A stretch of DNA of 63,650 bases, the filler included, from Nemertoderma westbladi (Eukaryota; Animalia; Xenacoelomorpha), in the NCBI GenBank assembly GCA_032718475.1. It is 4 parts of 4 records of this genome, joined end to end, with 100 filler letters (N's around TTAATTAATTAA, not from the genome) between each part and the next. Parts side by side here need not be neighbours in the genome. Positions count along the whole stretch, not along the records: positions 55,859 to 63,650 come from JAUCBJ010003111.1; 3 more parts are not named here. One strand, written 5' to 3'. The notes below the pieces were generated by a model that made no database searches, had not been told where the DNA came from, and was given only the letters and a program-made list of their open reading frames with translations. Shown here piece after piece: positions 59,667 to 63,650 of this stretch. Position numbers and translations under genes: made by a program. Position 1 is the stretch's first letter, and the number at the start of each line of letters is the position of its first letter.

Positions 59667-62587
59667 CTACGGTGCCCCTTCTAACAGGCAGCACTTTCCT
59701 ACAGCCCTCCTGTAGGTCTTCCTGTCCTTTGATCCTATCTTACCCCCTATCCGCACTTCCACCGATCGGACTCTTCCGTCCTCGTCGGGGTAACTGTCGA
59801 CTACTCTCGCTAGTCTCCACTTGTTATTGATGATTTTGTCGTCAGTGACGATCACCAAGTCACCTTTCTTTAACTCTCTAGTGGTGTTTCTCCACTTGCT
59901 CCTCCTGTGTAATGTGGGTAGGTATTCCTCGACCCACCTCCTCCAATACTCGGCGCTTATCGCCTTGGCGACTTTCCAACTCTGTCGGGAGTGTATGTCA
60001 TCTGGGTCTACACCCCGCATGTCGATGGTCACCAGCCTTTCCATCAGAATGTGGCCCGGTGTTAGCACGTCTAGTGATTCCGGCTCGTCATTCTCCGGGT
60101 ATAGCGGTCTGCTATTAATGATTCCCTCACACTTAGCTAGCACCATTCTTAGTATGTCCTCTGTCAGCATGTGGGTGTTCATCAACTTCGTCATCAGATG
60201 CTTGGAACTACCCACAAGCCTCTTGACGCATCCGAATGTATGTGGCGCATACGGCGTCCTCCTTTCCCACTTCACCTGTTGTCTCCTCATGGCCGCCCTG
60301 ACATCGTCTCCCTCTAGGATGTCAAAGGCCTCTGCCAACTCGTTCTCCGCTCCCACAAAGTTGGTCCCATTGTCGGAATAGATCACCGCGATTGTTCCAC
60401 CTTTGCAGTCTCTAAATCTTTCTAAGGCATTAATGAATGCCGATGCCGTAGTGTCCTGGGCAAGTTCTATTCCTACCACCCTCATGTTGTTACATACGAA
60501 GATGATGCCGTAGCGTTTCTCCGTGTGTCGCATCACCTTGATCTTAATCGGCCCGAACATGTCTACGCCGCAGTGCATGAATGGCGGGTCGTGCTGTCTC
60601 ACCCTACTGGCTGGTAATGGCGCCATCTCCTGTACGGCCCTCTCCTTTCTCGTCCGTCGGCAGGTCTGGCACTGCCCCACTACTGCCTTCACCTTCTTCC
60701 TTAGCTGCGTGATCCAGAAGGTCCTCCGTATCTCTGTGAGGGTCTGGTTGGTGCTTCTGTGTAATATCGACTTGTGGGAGTCCCAAATGATCTGGTGGAC
60801 TATCGGCGATCTGTTGGGAATGATTATGGGTTTTGGTGGGATGATTAGGCTATTGTTATTCAGCACTCTGGAGTTCATCACCAGAATCCCGTCATCGTTT
60901 AGTTGTGGGGACAGCGCGATGATCTTGCTGTCCCGACGAAGATGTTGTTGCTTGCTAACTCGATCCACTTCGTCGGCGTAGTTCTTTCTCTGTTTGTACC
61001 GTATTACGTCCTTGGCCGCTCCCTCCAGATTGATGTTTGGTTTCCTCTTGGTGTCCTTGCCAACTCCCTTGAGGAAATCCCCATAGGCCCTCCAATATGC
61101 TACCAACTTCTTGGTCTTATACCAGCTGGAGCTGTAGCTGAGTAACCTATCCGTCAGGTTGTCGCATGGCTCTTCTGATTTCGGTGGCACCTCCTTGACC
61201 TCTCTCACCATCTGACTCCATATCTCTTCTCCTTCCGAATCTTCTACCTCTTCTTCTGGTGCTACTTCCTCTGAGCCCGGGTCCACCTTCTTCATTGGTG
61301 GCCAGGCTGATCTATCATTCAGGAAGTGTGGCCCGTGCTGCCACAACACTTCCTTCTTTGAGAAAGTGTGGCGTGCCACGCCCCTCAATAACAAGTCTGC
61401 TGGGTTGTCGTCTGTAGGGCAGTAATGCCACCTTTCCAAGTCAGTCGTCGCCCTTATCTCATCTACCCTATTCACGACGAATATAGGGTATCTCGTCTTC
61501 TCGTTGTGCAGCCACCCGAGCACTACCATGGAGTCCGTCCAGTAGTGTATCTCCACTATGTTGGGTATAGCGTCTTTCAAGTAGGCTGTGGCCCTTACTT
61601 CTAACCTCGCAGCTGTCAACTCGAGTTTCGGGACTGACGCTGAATATGGTGGCGTCGACTTTGCTTTACTGAATGCAAGTCTGGGCTTATGAGCCCCCTT
61701 TCGCTGTACCAGGTAGAGTGCCGCTCTGTATGCTTCCAATGATGCATTGGAGAACATGTGTAGGTCCAGATCTGTCATGTCCCCGTCCGGGAAATACACG
61801 CGTGGCATGCTGTATGTCCCCATCTGTTCTAAACTCCCCGTCCAATTACTCCATTGCTTGCTAATTTCTTCCAGGACCTCCGTATCCCACTCATCCTTTA
61901 ACTTGTATACTTTCTTTAGTATCTGCTTCCCCGTGACTAACAATGGGGATGCTAGGCCTAAGGGATCGTATATCCTTGCTATGTACGATACATAGCATCT
62001 CTTTGTGTGGATCTCCGCGCCCTCCTGGCTCAGTTGGTAATTGAACTCGTCCGTCTCCCGGTTCCACACGATCCCCAGCGCCTTCTGCTGAGACTCCACT
62101 CTCTTGTTCGCCATGTCCTGTCCCTTTGCTGTTGTGGGGTTGTCCTCTATGGCCTTCATGAACTCCTCTGAGCTGGACTGAAACTTGGTCAAGTTAAATC
62201 CGGATCCTTTCAGGATGTCGCAAACCTTGCGCCCTGTCTCCAGTAATTCTTTAACCATATTTCCAGATTTCATCCCATCGTCTACATAGAAGCCGCGTCG
62301 AATCATATCGATCGCTCTGGCACTGTACTTTCCCTCTTTCCCCTCTACCCTATCTCTAACAGCAATGGTCGTCGTGAAATGAGGACGACTTGGCCCCCAT
62401 GTTCTGCACCACCATTTTGTACATCGGTATCGCCGACGGTTCCTCGTCGCCGTTGTACCACAGGAAGCGCTGGCTGTCGCTGTCCTCCTCTGTCACACGG
62501 ACTTGGTTGAACATGCCTTCAATATCGCAGGTGAAGGCGTGCCTCCCATTCCTAAATCTCAACAAGACCTCTATCCCCGAGTTGTAG
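59667..62587 (-). pseudogene. pol: BEL/Pao pol (RT, RNase H, integrase, DUF5641-type C-terminus)
   Basis: LLRFR..CDIEGMFNQV, FYVDD, ALGIVWN, YDPLG, WTDS, NPADL, H..H..C..C, GVDMFGP, SDNGTNFVGA, INSRPL, WRRWVEEYL. Confidence 0.9.
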
Positions 62588-63650
62588 ATGTTGGTTGTGA
62601 TACGAGATTAATACTGCTAATCTCGTATCTCCAACATATTGCTGAAAATGCCACTATCCCATTTTCTGGTGGGTAATGAGGCGGAATTGAATCCGCTTAC
62701 ACAGCACAATAAACTCCATTCACTGCTTTTGCTTTAAGTATTTGTTATTTTTATTTGGAAACAACTAAATGGATTCATCATTTTCAAATTATATTGTTAC
62801 TCTATACTCATCAGATGTGTTCCATATTGTAGCGAAAATGAACGCAATGATGTTGGAACACATTAACATACATTAAACTCAATTAATGATGTTTCAACTA
62901 TAAAGGAGCTGTCCAAAAGGAGATCCGATGAAGAATTGAAATTCAAATGAAATTTCCCAAATTATAATATTATGTAAGCTATCAATCAATATATATTTTC
63001 GCAATCAATAACTAAAATCTGTCACCTACTGTATTTCCTAATTGATAGATATTTAAATTCTTAATATTATTCAAAGGCAGCAGATTGGTACTTGTTTTGG
63101 TTCGATATGTTTTGTTAGCTATTAGTTAGCTGATGTAATCTGGGATAGCGATGTATAACATATATAATATTATTTAACCAGGTTTATTATCAATTAATAA
63201 TATTATACACCGTTTTTATATATAATAATATATAATTACAGTATTAAAGGTGTTTTTGCAAAGCAAACGTTTCAATTTTTTATTTTGAAGGAAAGCTTTA
63301 ACTTTATTTATTAATTATGTAATTTCTATAAAATTAATGAGATCGATTTTTATTTAAAACCTGAAAAATTACATACTCTCTCTGCAGGTATTAACTTTGA
63401 TGTTTTGTTTCACTTTATACTTAGAGTGATACGCAACGTCCAGAACGTATGCGAATTACCGCACCTCATACTGGGTGAAGAAGCCCTCACCAAGTGCTAT
63501 AATTTACTAAGAATAATATATTATTTGCTTATAATAAAACAATTCGAATGCGTATAATTGATGCATATCAGCTTTAAATTATTTTACAAATGAATTCCTG
63601 TAACTTCTTCCTCTTGGTATTGCTTCAACTTATTGGTGGGATTGTTGGGT

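Larger units (their letters stand above)
57676..62701 (-). mobile_element. BEL/Pao LTR retrotransposon with an internal deletion
   Basis: TG...CA ends, 5-bp TSD CAGCA (57671-57675, 62702-62706), 3' LTR 57676-58322 preceded by a PPT, 5' LTR remnant 62588-62701. Confidence 0.9.

Noticed and set aside
59821-60981. Antisense ORFs over BEL pol and over RTE/gag ORFs
   Set aside because: Shadow ORFs of the coding strand with no recognisable motifs
63389-63557. Possible exon after ctctctgcag
   Set aside because: Good acceptor, but the translation matches neither SLC6 nor any family I recognise

Overview
AT-rich, intron-containing animal (probably invertebrate bilaterian) genomic DNA with three scaffold gaps, each holding a TTAATTAATTAA spacer. 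Two host genes lie on the + strand. (1) A glycine-receptor-alpha-like anion-selective Cys-loop channel with exons from 23611 to 37995; the signal-peptide exon was not found. (2) Three exons of an SLC6 transporter of the SLC6A15/17/19 type (41368-48256). The main finding is in the M3-M4 intron of the channel. An intronless exon there (acceptor at 35975, phase 0, in frame) encodes a cytoplasmic stretch, one TM helix, a coiled coil and a complete fibrinogen C-terminal domain. It could replace M4 and give a pentameric channel subunit an extracellular lectin-like domain. The canonical M4 exon downstream is frameshifted at the edge of a 41-bp x5 tandem amplification. The rest is transposon-rich: two BEL/Pao LTR elements, an L2/CR1-group LINE whose ORF2 has a hydrophobic N-terminus and no endonuclease, an inverted pair of RTE LINEs around two SLC6 exons, a THAP/P-element transposase relic, MULE-like and Crypton-associated-like remnants, many MITEs, SINE-like elements and minisatellites. 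All calls come from reading motifs by eye; no searches were run.
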